Below, one piece after another: positions 1 to 12,959 of a stretch of 64,000 nt of DNA. Below the pieces are notes generated by a model. It saw only the letters and a list, made by a program, of their open reading frames with translations, searched no databases and had not been told where the DNA came from. Positions within the stretch are counted from its first letter, which is position 1, and each line of letters opens with the position of its first letter. The translations under genes were made by a program, and so were the position numbers. The stretch spans positions 29,698,001 to 29,762,000 of the forward strand of contig OX597816.1 of the NCBI GenBank assembly GCA_951406725.2, read 5' to 3'. This DNA comes from Octopus vulgaris. Its lineage: Eukaryota.

Positions 1-127
1 ATCATCATCATCATCATCATCGTCGTCGTCATCATCATCGTCATCATCATCATCATCATCATCATCCTCCGCCTCATCATCATCATCATACTCATCATCA
101 TCATCCTCATCATCATCATCCTCATCC

Positions 128-161
<34 letters not shown>

Positions 162-166
162 CATCC

Positions 167-214
<48 letters not shown>

Positions 215-217
215 ACC

Positions 218-261
<44 letters not shown>

Positions 262-285
262 GTCGTCGTCGTCGTCGTTGTTGTT
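1..285. repeat. (ATC)n/(GTC)n microsatellite
   Basis: Direct trinucleotide repeat visible in sequence. Confidence 0.97.
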
Positions 286-1043
286 AATATTGTTTTTGTC
301 GTCGACCTTGCTGTGTTGCGTCGGATCCACCCTGATCAAACAGGTCTATGACCATAGGCATTCCAATCGTAACAGACTTGCACTACCCGAAGTATATTCT
401 TTAATGCGCCCTTAAAATTTCATAAGATGTTACGTCTTGATATGCAGGAGATTCTGTCACTTCTTTCTAGCAGATAGAACGACCCCATACAGGCCTTCCT
501 CACAGTTATTTCTTCTCGCTCCGTGTGAAGTATGTTGAGTGACTACTTGGATAGTACAGTGTTAATAGTTTTAATAATTATTTAGTAATGTAACCGGACA
601 TTAGTCAGGGAATTCTTTGCTGTCCACTCAATCGACTGCAAGAATTCGGTTGGACGACCAAATATCAAACTCATGTTTTTTTTTCTATCTCCCTTGGGCT
701 AATGTAATTGATTGCTATTGAATCTTAAACGCTAAAACCAATACCAAACACGATCATTTCTATTTGAAGTTATGCCACTACGGGACCTCTCCAATGTTTT
801 TATTTTGCTCGACGTTAAACAGAACTTGATTAGTTGCTTCACAAAAGCGAACAAATTGTTTTAATTTTCTATAAAATTAACAACAAAATTAAAATTTAAA
901 AATTTTATTCTTATTTTTTGTCTTTGCTATTTTTTAATCATGTTTTTCTTATTTAAAAACATCTTTTGTTTTCTTTATTAGTAATTGCAATAACTATTTA
1001 TTTTGTTTTAACTTTTTCTCTCTTTCGTTAATATTACTATTCG

Positions 1044-1062
1044 TCTTCTTCTTCTTCTTCTT

Positions 1063-1093
<31 letters not shown>

Positions 1094-1102
1094 TTCTTAT
1101 TC

Positions 1103-1142
<40 letters not shown>
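1044..1142. repeat. Compound (TTC)n(TTA)n microsatellite
   Basis: Direct. Confidence 0.97.
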
Positions 1143-2161
1143 GCAGTTGTTATTTTTATTGCTGTTGTTGTTTAAGTGATATGATGAGAGAATGAGTAGA
1201 TCTGTTGAGTCGGTAGATTGACAAAGCGGCTAGAATAACAGCGTTCCCAGAGTAGTAAATGTCTGACAAAATAACTTTAAGAATTTAAATTTCTTATTTT
1301 CAGGTTTCGAATTCGACCGGCGCTTATTTTGTCTTTCAACATTTTCGCATCAATAAAATAAGTACTCTGGTTAGAGATCGCCCATTTCGACTAATCCTGG
1401 AAATGACGTATGCTTCTGCTTGCCTTTGCTATCTCTTGAAATTCTGTGACTGATGATGCTCAGGCATGGAACCAGAGACTTAGACATTCTTGCACGAATG
1501 AAGAAATACAGTTCGAACGGTAACCACAACTTCACCAAGAACAACTTTTTCCAGATTTACTAGCTGGAAGAAAATAACAGGCATGAGCCTGGAAAACGAA
1601 AGTGTATGAACGAGAATTCTCGTGAAAGAACTACATTTTACCCGAGGATTTTGTACAACAATGGGCTAAAAGATGGGCGAGTTTTCATACGCCTTTCAAG
1701 TAGAAGTTTGAGTGAAGCTTCACTGATGTATATCAAACTGTACCTTTCCTCGTTGGGCGCACATCGTAGGGAAGAAGTGCTTCTAGTTTTAAGGCTGTGA
1801 GACGAAAAGGCAAGCAGAGATCGTGTGCACAAATGTCGGTGCTGCAACGCATGGATAACAGAAATACAAAGCCTGTGGTCTAGATTATTGATGCAGATAT
1901 AAAACTTTACCCCATTGTCTACTCTGCGGCACAATATGTACATGGCGAGCACAGAGGTGACCCCTTCGTTTGTGAGTGTGTCTTTACTAAACGTGTATCT
2001 TAACTTCGCTGATGCATTTCCCCAAGTCTTGTGTTTTGTTTAACATGTTAGGGTCATCAGTTATGTTATATTGTTCAGTGGTTATTGTGTTTCTTATAGG
2101 TCTGGTGTGTTGTACATAAATCAGTAATTATTATTATTGTTACTGTTGTTGTTGTCATCAC

Positions 2162-2192
<31 letters not shown>

Positions 2193-2199
2193 TTTATAC

Positions 2200-3562
2200 A
2201 GCTTTCTATTTTCTTTTCTCCTGTTATCTGTATTACGTCTCTGCTCCTTCTTGCAGCTTACAGTTGCAAAACTTTTCCCAATACATATTGTTCCAAGTAT
2301 TGCTGCTAACTGAGTACTTTCTCTAAACTTTTTATATTAGTAGCTTTCGATTCCGGAATGTTGCATGTGTTTTGAATTGGTCCCAAGTGCACAGATCACA
2401 ATAGGTAGCACACTCATATATGAGGGTCTATGGATGCGCTTCACTTCCAATTCTAGGACTTCGCACATCTAGACTTCCTCGTTCTCTTTCTTCTCAATAT
2501 TCTGGTCTGCAGGTATAACTACGTCGGTGAAGGAACCTTCTTTAGGTTTCCTCCGTATGCGAGTGATAATCTGATCGGTTAGGTCGCAGCTTATTTATGT
2601 AGATTGGTATATCTTATGTGAGTTTCACCTACTCATTCTCTGCTTCTGGAAAAGGTTGGTGCTTATATCACTTGTTGGAACATTCTAGCCCATGCTACAC
2701 GCACAACTCTCACTCTATTCGCGCTACCACATTCTCGTGACGCTTTTTTGTTTTTGTATTTCTGCTGAGCCAGTTTTCAGTATCCATTAATTGTAGGTCT
2801 ACCTGTCTCAGGTGGCTTCACATCATCTAACCAAAGGTTACTCTGCTGTCTTATCAATGCTATACTTAATTGAATTAGTTCGTAAAGCTCGTTCTTGAGC
2901 AGAAAGGATCAGCCTTGTCTCCTTCTTTAAGGATTCTTCATCTGCTTCATACAATGTTCGCTGGAAAAACTCTCCGTCTAGGACTTTCTCTTTCGAGTTA
3001 ATGATCTTTCTTCAATTACTTTCCTTTTGTACTCCTGGGGGTTCTCATTATTGTCACTAATTACTTTCTCACTTCATGCAGCTAGCAGCCATCTACTATC
3101 GCTATTTCTCAGGCTACTTTACTCTTTTCTAACCAGTCCTCTTCCATCTTTATTCCTACGTACGTAAAGCGTTGCTATGTTACTTCTGGTATGAAGGCAT
3201 CCATGTATAGCAACTATCGCCTTGTTTTACTGCCGATACTGACCAGTTCCTCTTTTGTCCATTCCACAACCTCTACGCAGTAACGTACCACACCTACTGT
3301 CCAAGCATGAATGCCTCTTCATATTAGGTTTCTTCCATTAAACTTGAGTCTACATAGCCTTTTCACTCTTCTGGTATATTCAAAAATATATTTTTCCATT
3401 CATCTTCATGTTCAACATCTGGCCTAATTGTAAAACACCAAAATACTTGTAACTATCTCCGTTCACTTCTCTTATGCGCTCATCATTTGAAAACTGTACG
3501 CAACTGCCGTCTGCTTTTTTCCTTCTTCTCAATTCATAACAGCGCATTTATCTGGGCTAAAC
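2200..3562 (-). mobile_element. Decayed R4/Dong-type (RLE) LINE, 3' part
   Basis: Minus-strand translation gives FSPDKCA, LKKETRLILSAQERALRTNSI and VLPIVICALGPIQ. These are collinear with FGLDKCA, LKAETEGFIMAAQDQSLFTRNY and TVPVIVGALGMI of the intact copy at 4033-7937. Many stops and frameshifts. Confidence 0.8.
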
Positions 3563-3683
3563 GTCATCTGGATGCCATGCGAGAAGATTCGTACAGCCTG
3601 AACAAGGGAATCCAGTTGACTCCTACTAGTTCTATAAGGCTTCTATAAGAATCATCCGTAGAAAGAAGGGATTCACTGGTCTC

Positions 3684-3723
3684 CTTCTTCTTCTTCTTCA
3701 TCTTCTTCTTCTTCTTCTTCTTC

Positions 3724-3781
<58 letters not shown>

Positions 3782-3803
3782 AATTATTATTATTATTATT
3801 ACA

Positions 3804-3878
<75 letters not shown>
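3684..3878. repeat. (TTC)n(TTA)n microsatellite at the 3' junction of the Dong element
   Basis: Direct. Confidence 0.97.
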
Positions 3879-6800
3879 GTCATTTACTTTTAATCTGCAT
3901 GTTTGATGCAATCACTTGCCGGAGCACACCCAGCACCCTAGGGCAAGTGAAGGTTAAGAGTTGTTGAAATATAGCTGAAAGCTTGGGGAGGGGAAGTAGA
4001 GATATATCTCCATGTAATGCAAACACAAACATTTACATTGATAGGGTTTTTCTAAGGATGTGGGCAGTACTTGTTAGCACAATCTTTTGGATTTCCTTGA
4101 GACATGGTTTTCCAGGGATATTGTCTAGGTGTTTCTGACATCCCTTTTTTATCATACCTAGGGCACCTACAATAACAGGAACAGTTTTTGTTTTAAGATT
4201 CCACATCCTCTGTATTTCGATTTCCAGGTCCTTATATTTACTAAGTTTGTCAAATTCCTTGACAGATACATTTTTATCAGTGGGGACGCTTACTTCTATT
4301 AGTCTGCAGGTATTTTCTTCCCTGTCTTTCACAATTATGTCTGGTCGATTAGCCTTGATCGTTCTGTCAGTGTTGACTGGAAAATCCCAGAGGATGGTGA
4401 CATCTTTACCTTCAACAACTGGCTGAGGATGGTGTTCATACCAGTTAGCAGGAGTGTCGAATTTGTAGTGTTTACATATCTTCCAATGTATATACTGTCC
4501 TACCCTATCGTGGCGATTTTTGTATTCGTTTGGTGTCAGCACAGGACATCCCGAAACGAGATGGTCTATTGTTTCGTCAAATGTGTCACAGAATCTGCAT
4601 TTAGGGTCAGTACCGTTTCGGAGAACGTTAGCCTGGTAATTTCTGGTAAACAAGCTTTGATCTTGTGCTGCCATTATGAAGCCTTCAGTCTCTGCTTTCA
4701 ATCCAGAGCTCTTCAGCCACTGATGGGTTGTTACTTGGTCTACATCAGCATTTTGGCTTCGGAGAATATATTGTCCATGCAGGGGCTTCTGGCTCCACTG
4801 CCTCTCAATTTGATTCTGCCCGTTCTTTTTTGCAGTCTGCTTGATTCGCTTTGCTTGCTTGGTAGCAGTGGTTTCCGACTCTTCATCTGATTCAAGGTTA
4901 ACGTCTAGTTCCCTTTCGAACTTATAAGCTTCCTTGACAATAGAATGCAGCTTTTTGATGCTTTCGTGTTCGCACACAAGTCGCAGCATCCAGTCCTTTG
5001 TACTAGATAGGTACCTGTTCATTCCTACAGTAGAGGTCTTATAGCACAGCTCTAATTGCATCATTCCTCTCCCCCGCTGCTTCTAGGTAGGTACAAGCGG
5101 TCTACATCTGCCTTAGGGTGGTGCATGCTCTTGGATGTCAGTAACTTTCTTGTCTTCCTGTCCAAGCGTTGGAGTTCCGTAAGGTTCCAGTTAATGATGT
5201 TAAAACTGTACTGGACTACTGGAAGTGCCAGGGTGTTAATGGCCTCAATGCAATTTTTGGAGTTGAGTTCAGTCTTCAGTACAAGCCTTATTCTCCTATA
5301 ATATTCCTTTCTTATCTTTTCCTTCATAGTAGCATGATGTATACCATCTCCTTCGTTGATTCCTAGGTATTTGTAACTTTCTTGTGGGTCAAGTTCCTTG
5401 ATGGTAGTGTCAATATCTAATTTAACAGAAGCTGTTTGCCTGAGCTTGCCTCTTACAAAAGTTGCTTTAGCACACTTATCAAGGCCAAAATCCATCCCGA
5501 TATCATTGCTAAACTCTTTAACAGTTGTTAGCAGCCCTTCTAGCTCTTGGTCATTCCTGGCAAACAGCTTTAGGTCGTCCATATAGAAAAGGTGGTTTAT
5601 TAACTTACTAAAAACTTTGTACCCATATCTGGTACTATCCAATTCGTTTGAGAGTGGGATCAGTGCCATGCAAAAAAGTAATGGAGAGAGGGAGTCACCT
5701 TGAAAGATGCCTCGTTTGATGTTGATGCTATTGGACTGGCTCATCCCATTACTATGGCTTAGAAAGAGACGTGTGTTCCACATGGTCATGCTATTCTCTA
5801 AGAATTTTGAGACGACAGGAGAGATCTTGTATATCTCAAGGGCCTTGAGTATCCATTTATGTGGGACACTGTCATACGCTTTCCTGTAGTCTATCCATGC
5901 CATACTCAGGTTTTTGTTTTTGCTCCGGCAATTCTCTACAATCATTCTGTTTATGAGCAATTGGTCTTTGCACCCATAAGAGTTTCTTTTACACCCTTTT
6001 TGAGCTTGTGGAAGGATAGAATTTTGTTCAAGGAAAGCGTACATTCTCTCCGTTATTATGGATGTGAGGATTTTGTAGGTGGTGTTGAGACATGTTATTG
6101 GCCGGTAATTCTTTGGGTTTTTTGTGTCTTCGGTTTTAGGTAATAGGTAGGTGGTTCCTTCAGTCAGCCAAGCAGGTATTTGCTCTGGGTTCTGAATGAC
6201 ATCAGACAGAGATGCAGCGAGATGTTCGTGTACCTCCGTCAAACAATTCAACCAGAAGTTAGGGATCCGATCCAGTCCTGGGGTTTTCCATTTATGAGCC
6301 TTCCTAAGGACACACCTTAGCTCCTCTATTCCTATTGCTTCCCATTTCTGTTCTTCAAGTTCATCCAGTCTCTCTTTCTCACGTTCTATCCAGTCAGCCT
6401 CAGCATTAAACTCTTTTTCGTTGCTCCATACCTTCTTCCAGAACTCCTCCACTTCCTCAATCTTAGGTGGATCTTCTATGTGTATTTTATTTTTGCCAAT
6501 TTCCCTATAAAATTTCTTTGCATCTGTCTTAAAAAATTTATTTTGTCGATAAAATTTGTTTCTTTTGTCATACCTTCTAAGCCGTTGAGCTTTCAACTGT
6601 ATCCGTTGTTTCAACAGTTCCTTAGTTGCAGGGAGGTTTATGAGATCTTTGATTTTATATTTTTGCTTGATTTTTCTAGCTTTTCTCGGCTTAATATTCA
6701 CTCCTCTAGCAAGCTCATCGAGAACTGAAACATCCGCCCGCAGAGATTCAATCTCTTTTTGTATCGCTACTTTCCACTTAGGCGGTTCATTGACATGCCT

Positions 6801-8481
6801 GGCCTTTTTCTTTGTCATCTTAATACCTAGTTGGGTAGTTGCTACTTTAGCAGTTGAATAAATGAGATTATTTAAGGTTGTCAAATCATTCCCCTTATTT
6901 CTTAAGATCTGTCCTAGGGCAACGTTATATGTCGTGATTGTGTTGTCATTTCTTGTGCCATTTGAAAACTTTGGTAGTGGTTCTCTATTAACCATGTCAG
7001 TGAGCTCAATCTTGCCGAGTTCTCTCATAATGTCCACTTTTGCTTCCATAATCTTTTCTCTATTATTCACCTCAAATTCTATGTCATATCTATTTTGGTT
7101 TTCTTAAGGAAGGTCTACGTTCTCCTCTTTTTTCAAATCTCTCGTCTTCGCTATTCTTTGTTTAACTTCCCCATTGGGAAGTTGATTTGCCGCTTGTACA
7201 CTGGCTTCTGTGCTACTGTTACCTATTTCGTCTACATTGTTGCTGTTTTCTTTTGGTCTACCATGAGCTATTAGTGTCCTAATTTTGTCAATTTCAGCGT
7301 CAGTTAGTCTTTTGTTTTTAATTATATCTCTGCGTACATTACTTAATTTATTTGCGTCTATATATCTACGTACGTCATTGCCTACTGAATTTCTCCATGA
7401 GATGTATGTTTGTACACTGAGGTTATTGTTTGGGTTTAGTTGGGCTGTATAAAAAGCTTTCAACACATCTCTATAGTCCTCTCTGGTCCATTTTATACGT
7501 TTTGCTTTAGGTGGTGTTTTTGGTGGTGTCACTACAAGTCCAGAGTTAGAAGTATTCTGGTTCTGGTCACCTGGTAGATCGTCTTTTTGAGAGTTTGTTC
7601 CAGCAGCAAACTTTTCGACCCCAGTCTGGTTCCCTACTGGGTAACGCGGTCCTTGTTGTCCCGGGCGATGACCGATCCGGCATGATTTTTGGCTTGTTTT
7701 CATTAAATGATTGACGGCGACATCAGAGGGGTCCATTTTTTCAGGGTCAACTTTTTGACAAGACGCCGCTTCTGTGACGGTGACGTTAGAAGAAGGGAGT
7801 GTTTGTACAGGGTCAATTTTTTGACAAGACACCGCTTCTGAATTCTCCGAATTAATATATTGTTCATATCGAACTCGCATAAGACTTACAGATCGAAATT
7901 CGCCTCTATTTATTTTGGTAGTCATGTTTCCGGGCATAACTGTTCAGTGACTTTCTAAATTCAGTGACCAATTTGCTCTTTTTTGCGTTTGTTCGTGAAA
8001 AATCGCTTTGTTTTTGTTTTGTTTTCGTCCGCGTAACGTGGTTTTTCTTTCTGTGTGTACGTGTGAGCGCGTGTAAGCATTATTTATGCTTTATAATTAA
8101 AATGTGTACATGTATGCACAAACATTTGCTTGTATACTTTACAATTAAAATGTCTACGTGTATGCATAAACAGTTGCATGTATACTTATTTAATTAATTA
8201 ATTAATTAATCAATTTATGTACTTACTGTCTTTCAAGAGCTCTGATGTTCGCTTCTATTTCTTATGCATGTCACATGGAAATATTATGCATAAAAGAAAG
8301 AAAACCATACTATATATGGCAATAATAGTTCGGACTTTTTAGTTACTTTGCCTTAAAAGAAAATTTGGAAAAGATATTTTGTGGAACCTTTCTTCCATTG
8401 CAACGATGTTGTTGGATTAAATTCGTTTTTTGGAGAGAGGCTCCCAGGGAACATCCATGTTGTTATTCAGCCCGGAGCTCT
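3879..8481 (-). mobile_element. Near full-length R4/Dong-clade non-LTR retrotransposon inserted in (TAA)n
   Basis: Single long ORF with RT and C-terminal CCHC + RLE domains. About 150-nt 3' UTR runs into (AAT)n. About 540-nt upstream leader ends at an (AAT)n(AAG)n tract; the 5' boundary is inferred. Confidence 0.9.
4033..7937 (-). pseudogene. Dong/R4 polyprotein (Myb-like N-terminus, reverse transcriptase, zinc knuckle, restriction-like endonuclease), about 1300 aa if repaired
   Basis: Motifs KRIKWTREDY (Myb-like), NYRPITCL, WIDYRKAYDSV, RGIFQGDSLSP, YMDD, YKYLG, CRFC..H..SGC, RPDIIVKD..LIEVS..K..KY. ORF 7104-7937 is in frame with ORF 5061-7070 across one TAA at 7104-7106. One extra G in the run at 5071-5075 joins it to ORF 4033-5064 (SSGGRGMMQLE). 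Confidence 0.92.
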
Positions 8482-8484
8482 CTT

Positions 8485-8571
<87 letters not shown>
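8482..8571. repeat. (TTC)n(TTA)n microsatellite at the inferred 5' junction of the Dong element
   Basis: Direct. Confidence 0.97.
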
Positions 8572-8574
<3 letters not shown>

Positions 8575-8739
8575 ATTAGTCAAGACGAAGAGCGCGATTC
8601 GATTGTAAGATATTTTATTAGTTGAACGATATTTCAACAGTACGTCTCTCTTTGTCAAATTCAAAATAAAAAGTGATAAAAATTCAAAATTACAGGAATT
8701 TAAACGTAAAGTATGAACGAGAGCAAGTAGCACACGCTA

Positions 8740-8742
8740 TTA

Positions 8743-8822
<80 letters not shown>
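8740..8822. repeat. (TAA)n/(TTA)n microsatellite
   Basis: Direct; abuts the 3' end of the next Dong fragment. Confidence 0.95.
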
Positions 8823-10075
8823 GGTTTCACTCAGGTTCGGTCTTGTTCCTGATAGGATTTATGTGTTTAGCGTCGTACTATCTGTTGCCTTAGGAATCCA
8901 CAAGTTTTCAATAGTCTTTCAATTGCTTAGAACCCTCCTGAATATCCTTACTGTCCCTAAAACCCTAAAAGTCAAACTTTCTGTGGGAGTTCTACAGGGT
9001 ATTCTATTCCAATCTCCATCAGCCATTGTTTATATGTTTGTTTCCTGTTCCAAACGCACCAATTATCATAGGCACGACATTGGCTGTTCTCATACTCCAA
9101 ATTCTTCCTATTTCAAATTTAAGGAAATATATATTTTTAGTTCCTCTTTCTTTTCGATCCTGGTGTCAAACGGGCATGATGGGCCAATTAGTAAGCAACT
9201 TCGCTTTTCCTCATCTATAATTGTTATGTCTAGCCTATTATTTTCTAACTTATTATATGTTTGAATAGAAAAGTCCCACAAAATCTTACATTTTTTCCTA
9301 CTCTAGTTCTCTTTCGACCCGATTATTGCACCATGCGTTTCCAGTTTCAAATCCCCATTTCTGGCAAAGTTCCCAGTATAAAACTTTTACAACATGGCCG
9401 TGCCTCCATTTCTAATATTCTTCCTGTGTCAACTTGGAGCATTCTGCTCCAATGTGTGCCACTGCCTCGTTCCAAGTTCCACAGGATCTACATTGTTCTG
9501 ATACATTCTCTCCATATTCATTTTGTTCTCAGGTTGTTTGTTTCATCACTTCATCTTGGGTTGCTACAATTAGGCTCTCTTTCTTTTTTTAATTTTCCCT
9601 TTTTAACCAAGCCTAGGATTTTGCCCCACATATATCTTCAGTGGCTCTCCAAAACTGGCCATGCAGAGGTTTCTCTTCAATCTATTTGACGTGATCTCTT
9701 AGTATCTCCTTCTTCTCATTTTCTCCTCTTACGCGCTTCATCACCCGTTCTTTATTCAATATCTTTAGTAGTTTCCCTGCGTTGCTCTGTAAATATTTTA
9801 CTAGACTTTTCCTTTCCATATGTATACACTCTTCTGCTGCTATTAAGCCACTTCCACACTGGTCTCTCCTTAAGTATAGCCGCTTAATATCAGCTTTCGA
9901 ACGGTGGACTCCATACATTGTCAATAATTTTCTAGTTTTTCTGTCAAGTTTCTTCATACATCGCTTTCGGTCCAGTCTATAATTACAACTCCATATCTGA
10001 TTAATGGTACTTCTCTTGAATTTATTGCTTCAATAAATTTTTTTTGAATTAATCTTTGACTGCAATGATTTTCTC
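8823..10075 (-). mobile_element. Decayed 5'-truncated R4/Dong LINE
   Basis: ORF 9682-9957 KLDRKTRKLLTMYGVHRSKADIKRLYL matches RLDRKTRKLLTSKSMHHPKADVDRLYL. C-terminal VLGTVRIFRRVLSN is present and the 3' end runs into (AAT)n. Confidence 0.88.
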
Positions 10076-10529
10076 AATAATTTTCTGCAATAATTTTTTA
10101 TCAGTAAAAACTGATAGAACAGTATTTACACGTTGAAAATTATATCTTTCTAATTGTACTATAATATATTTCAGCGCTTCAAAACAAACTTAAGTTTTTT
10201 TTTCACATGACGTAATCAACATTACATCTTGAATCGTCTCTGGATGACTTTATAAGTTATAAATTGCAGAAGACTTTGTCAGTAAAACAATGGTAGAGCA
10301 CTTGAATGGAAATCAAAGGGTTGTGAGTTCGATTCGTGTAGCTGGTTGCCGGCAGGATTTTGTTGCTCTGTAAGGAATTTTTATCCTATATATGCTGTTT
10401 TATCAGTATTTATGCGTTGAAAAATATATCTAATTGTGCTACAATACATTTCAGCGCTTCAAAAACAAACATATTTGTTTACATATGAGGTAAACGTGTT
10501 AACAGTTTTGATTTTATAATGCTGACAAA

Positions 10530-11540
10530 TTAACCCCTGTAGATATTGGCCAACTCTGTCCTGTCTTGATTTATAATCAACAGGTGCTAAAATTTGTCCA
10601 CTATTTCAATCCCATCAGTGCGCAATCAGCATTTTGGATCTATTGCAATTTTCTCACATTAGCTTGGTGGTTCCGGATCAATAAGCTTTGATATTGAGCA
10701 GATAAAAAGAAGCCTTGGCGCTTTGCCTTTGGCCCTGAACTTCGTGGCCACTAAGGAGTGCCCTTCTGGTGAACATCAGCTAGTATGCTACAGACCACAT
10801 ATTTGCCATGAAGAGATTTCTGATCCCACCTGCCAGCCAATTTTATGCCATTAATTTTACGTTCTTTGCAACAATTCACCATGCTTCCTTCAGGATATTC
10901 AGTTTAGCACCGAGTCGTTAGTTGTGCGAAGATATTTGGCAAGTCTAGTTGTGGTGGTTTTCTAAGAAAATTCGAACTGGATCAAACCTCGGCCTCTTTA
11001 GACTCTGGGAAGGTGGCGCATCTTAGAGGTCGACTTTGCCTTTCATCCTTTCGGGGTCGATTAAATAAGTATCAGTTACGCACTGGGGTCGATGTAATCG
11101 GCTTAATCCGTTTGTCTGTCCTTGTTTGTCCCCTCTGTGTTTAGCCCCTTGTGGGTAGTAAAGAAATAGGTATTTTTCAACCATGTTCTTTATTTTTTGA
11201 TTGCATTGATGTTCCAATTCAACAAAATGAAGCTGTGATAACGATTGGAAATGCTTTGGAATTTCTGGCCAACACCTTGTTATGTGCACCTACTTCAGAT
11301 ATCAGAAGCGCTCGAAATCTCCTATATCATTCCTTTATGGTCTTCTGTTTCGTGCTATCATGCTGAATACCTGGGCTTTCATTTATTCCTAGGTATTTAT
11401 AGGTTTCTTACTGTTCATGTCCTGATATTACAATGTGAACATCTAACACGACTGAATTTGAGGTTTTCAAGTTCCCTTTCTCCGAAGTGGCTTAGGCACA
11501 CTTATCAAGATAAAACTCCATCCTGATGTCATCACTTAAT
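10530..11540 (-). mobile_element. Old decayed R4/Dong LINE fragment interrupted by a SINE
   Basis: LSDDIRMEFYLDKCA, TYKYLGI, GFFLSAQYQSLLIRNHQANVRK and RQDRVGQY occur on the minus strand in the expected order. Confidence 0.75.
11026..11174 (+). mobile_element. SINE family A, 5'-truncated
   Basis: GAGGTCGACTTTGCCTTTCATCCTTTCGGGGTCGA core and tail shared with 14388-14619. Confidence 0.9.
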
Positions 11541-11554
11541 ATTATTATTATGCC

Positions 11555-11780
11555 AAAGTGACACGATCGTTAGCAAGTGGGACAAAACTTTTAACGGCAT
11601 TTCATTCGCCTTTACGTTCTGAGTTCAAACTCCACCGAGGTGGAGCTCACATCGTATCTTTTGGGGGTCGATGAACTAAATACCAGTTAAGCAATGGGCT
11701 CTTTGTAATTTACTAGCCTCTTCGGTTGAATGTTCAGGCCTTGTGGGCATTGTTCCTTAATAGAAAATATCGTTATTATT
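11555..11780 (+). mobile_element. SINE family A, decayed
   Basis: TTACGTTCTGAGTTCAAA B-box region plus degenerate core. Confidence 0.7.
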
Positions 11781-12536
11781 ATTTCACCGAACTGGACACA
11801 ATCGTTAGCGCATCGGATAAAATGCTTAGCAGCATTTCTTCCGACAGATTATGTCTACCTCACAAGAACTGAGAATACAAAGAATCGGGAAAATTCCGCA
11901 AACAATCTAATTTGCAATCCTAAAACGTTCACATTTCTAAGGATGGAAATTTGTGTAACTAGTTGAGATTTGAAAACAGGGCACTATAATTAATGCAACA
12001 AAGTATTTCGCATTAAGCTCTAACATCTCGCCATTCAATGTCTGGGAATTGCATAATTTGTTAGGAAGCATTATATGATTTGTTAGGAAGAATCGAAGGA
12101 AGCATTTTGACATTTAAAACTCTTTGTGAAGAAAGACACAGAGATGTATGGTGGTTTTTCTCCGGAAAGTATTTCTGATCATATATATTATTCTTCATTG
12201 AATACATTCAGCAAGTGTATCACAGAGATATATGTGTAATAAACAAAGTGATAGTAATTAGGGTTCAGCTGTTATTCAAGACGTGGAAAAAAAGTTGAAT
12301 GGCTGCATAAAAAATATAAGAGTCGTGGCACTAATGTCAATGATTAGGATGACAATGAAAACAGAACAACAAATTTTCCATCGTTTCACACTTGTTTGAA
12401 AATGTGGTAAGATAAAAATTGTAAAAAAAAAAACAATTGTGTTGAGAAGGAAACAAAATCAATATTTGAGCTCAAAGGTCGCTGTGTGCATATTTGCTGA
12501 TTCTAGCGTAAACCATGGCATGAAAGAAATTACAGG

Positions 12537-12624
<88 letters not shown>

Positions 12625-12959
12625 TTGTTAAAGTGTAATCCCTGATTCGTATCGTCGTTCCTATTTGGCAAATGGTAATCAATATATTGCACACAATTTT
12701 AAAGAAAATACAGAGAATTCATTATATGCTTTAACAGTTCGACGTTTATTTTTTCTTTAAAATATTACGCTTTTAAATTAGGTTAGTATGACTGAATACT
12801 GCTTTTACAGTCATTAAGTTTTGAATCACACGCGCATGCAAACACACACACATACATACGTACATACATACATACATACATAAATACATACATACATACA
12901 TACATACATACATACATACATACATTCATATTCACCCACTCATACACACCTGGACAGAC

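Noticed and set aside
1400-2120. Complex non-repetitive block with short ORFs
   Set aside because: No motif recognised; probably an old TE but unassignable
4429-7107. Plus-strand ORFs over the Dong element
   Set aside because: Antisense shadows of the minus-strand coding frame
8405-8484. HDV-like ribozyme at the Dong 5' end
   Set aside because: GCTCC/GGAGC and TGGAT/ATCCA pair in pseudoknot order, but there is no room for P3/L3 and no P1.1 GG. It folds more simply as a plain hairpin (8433-8484).
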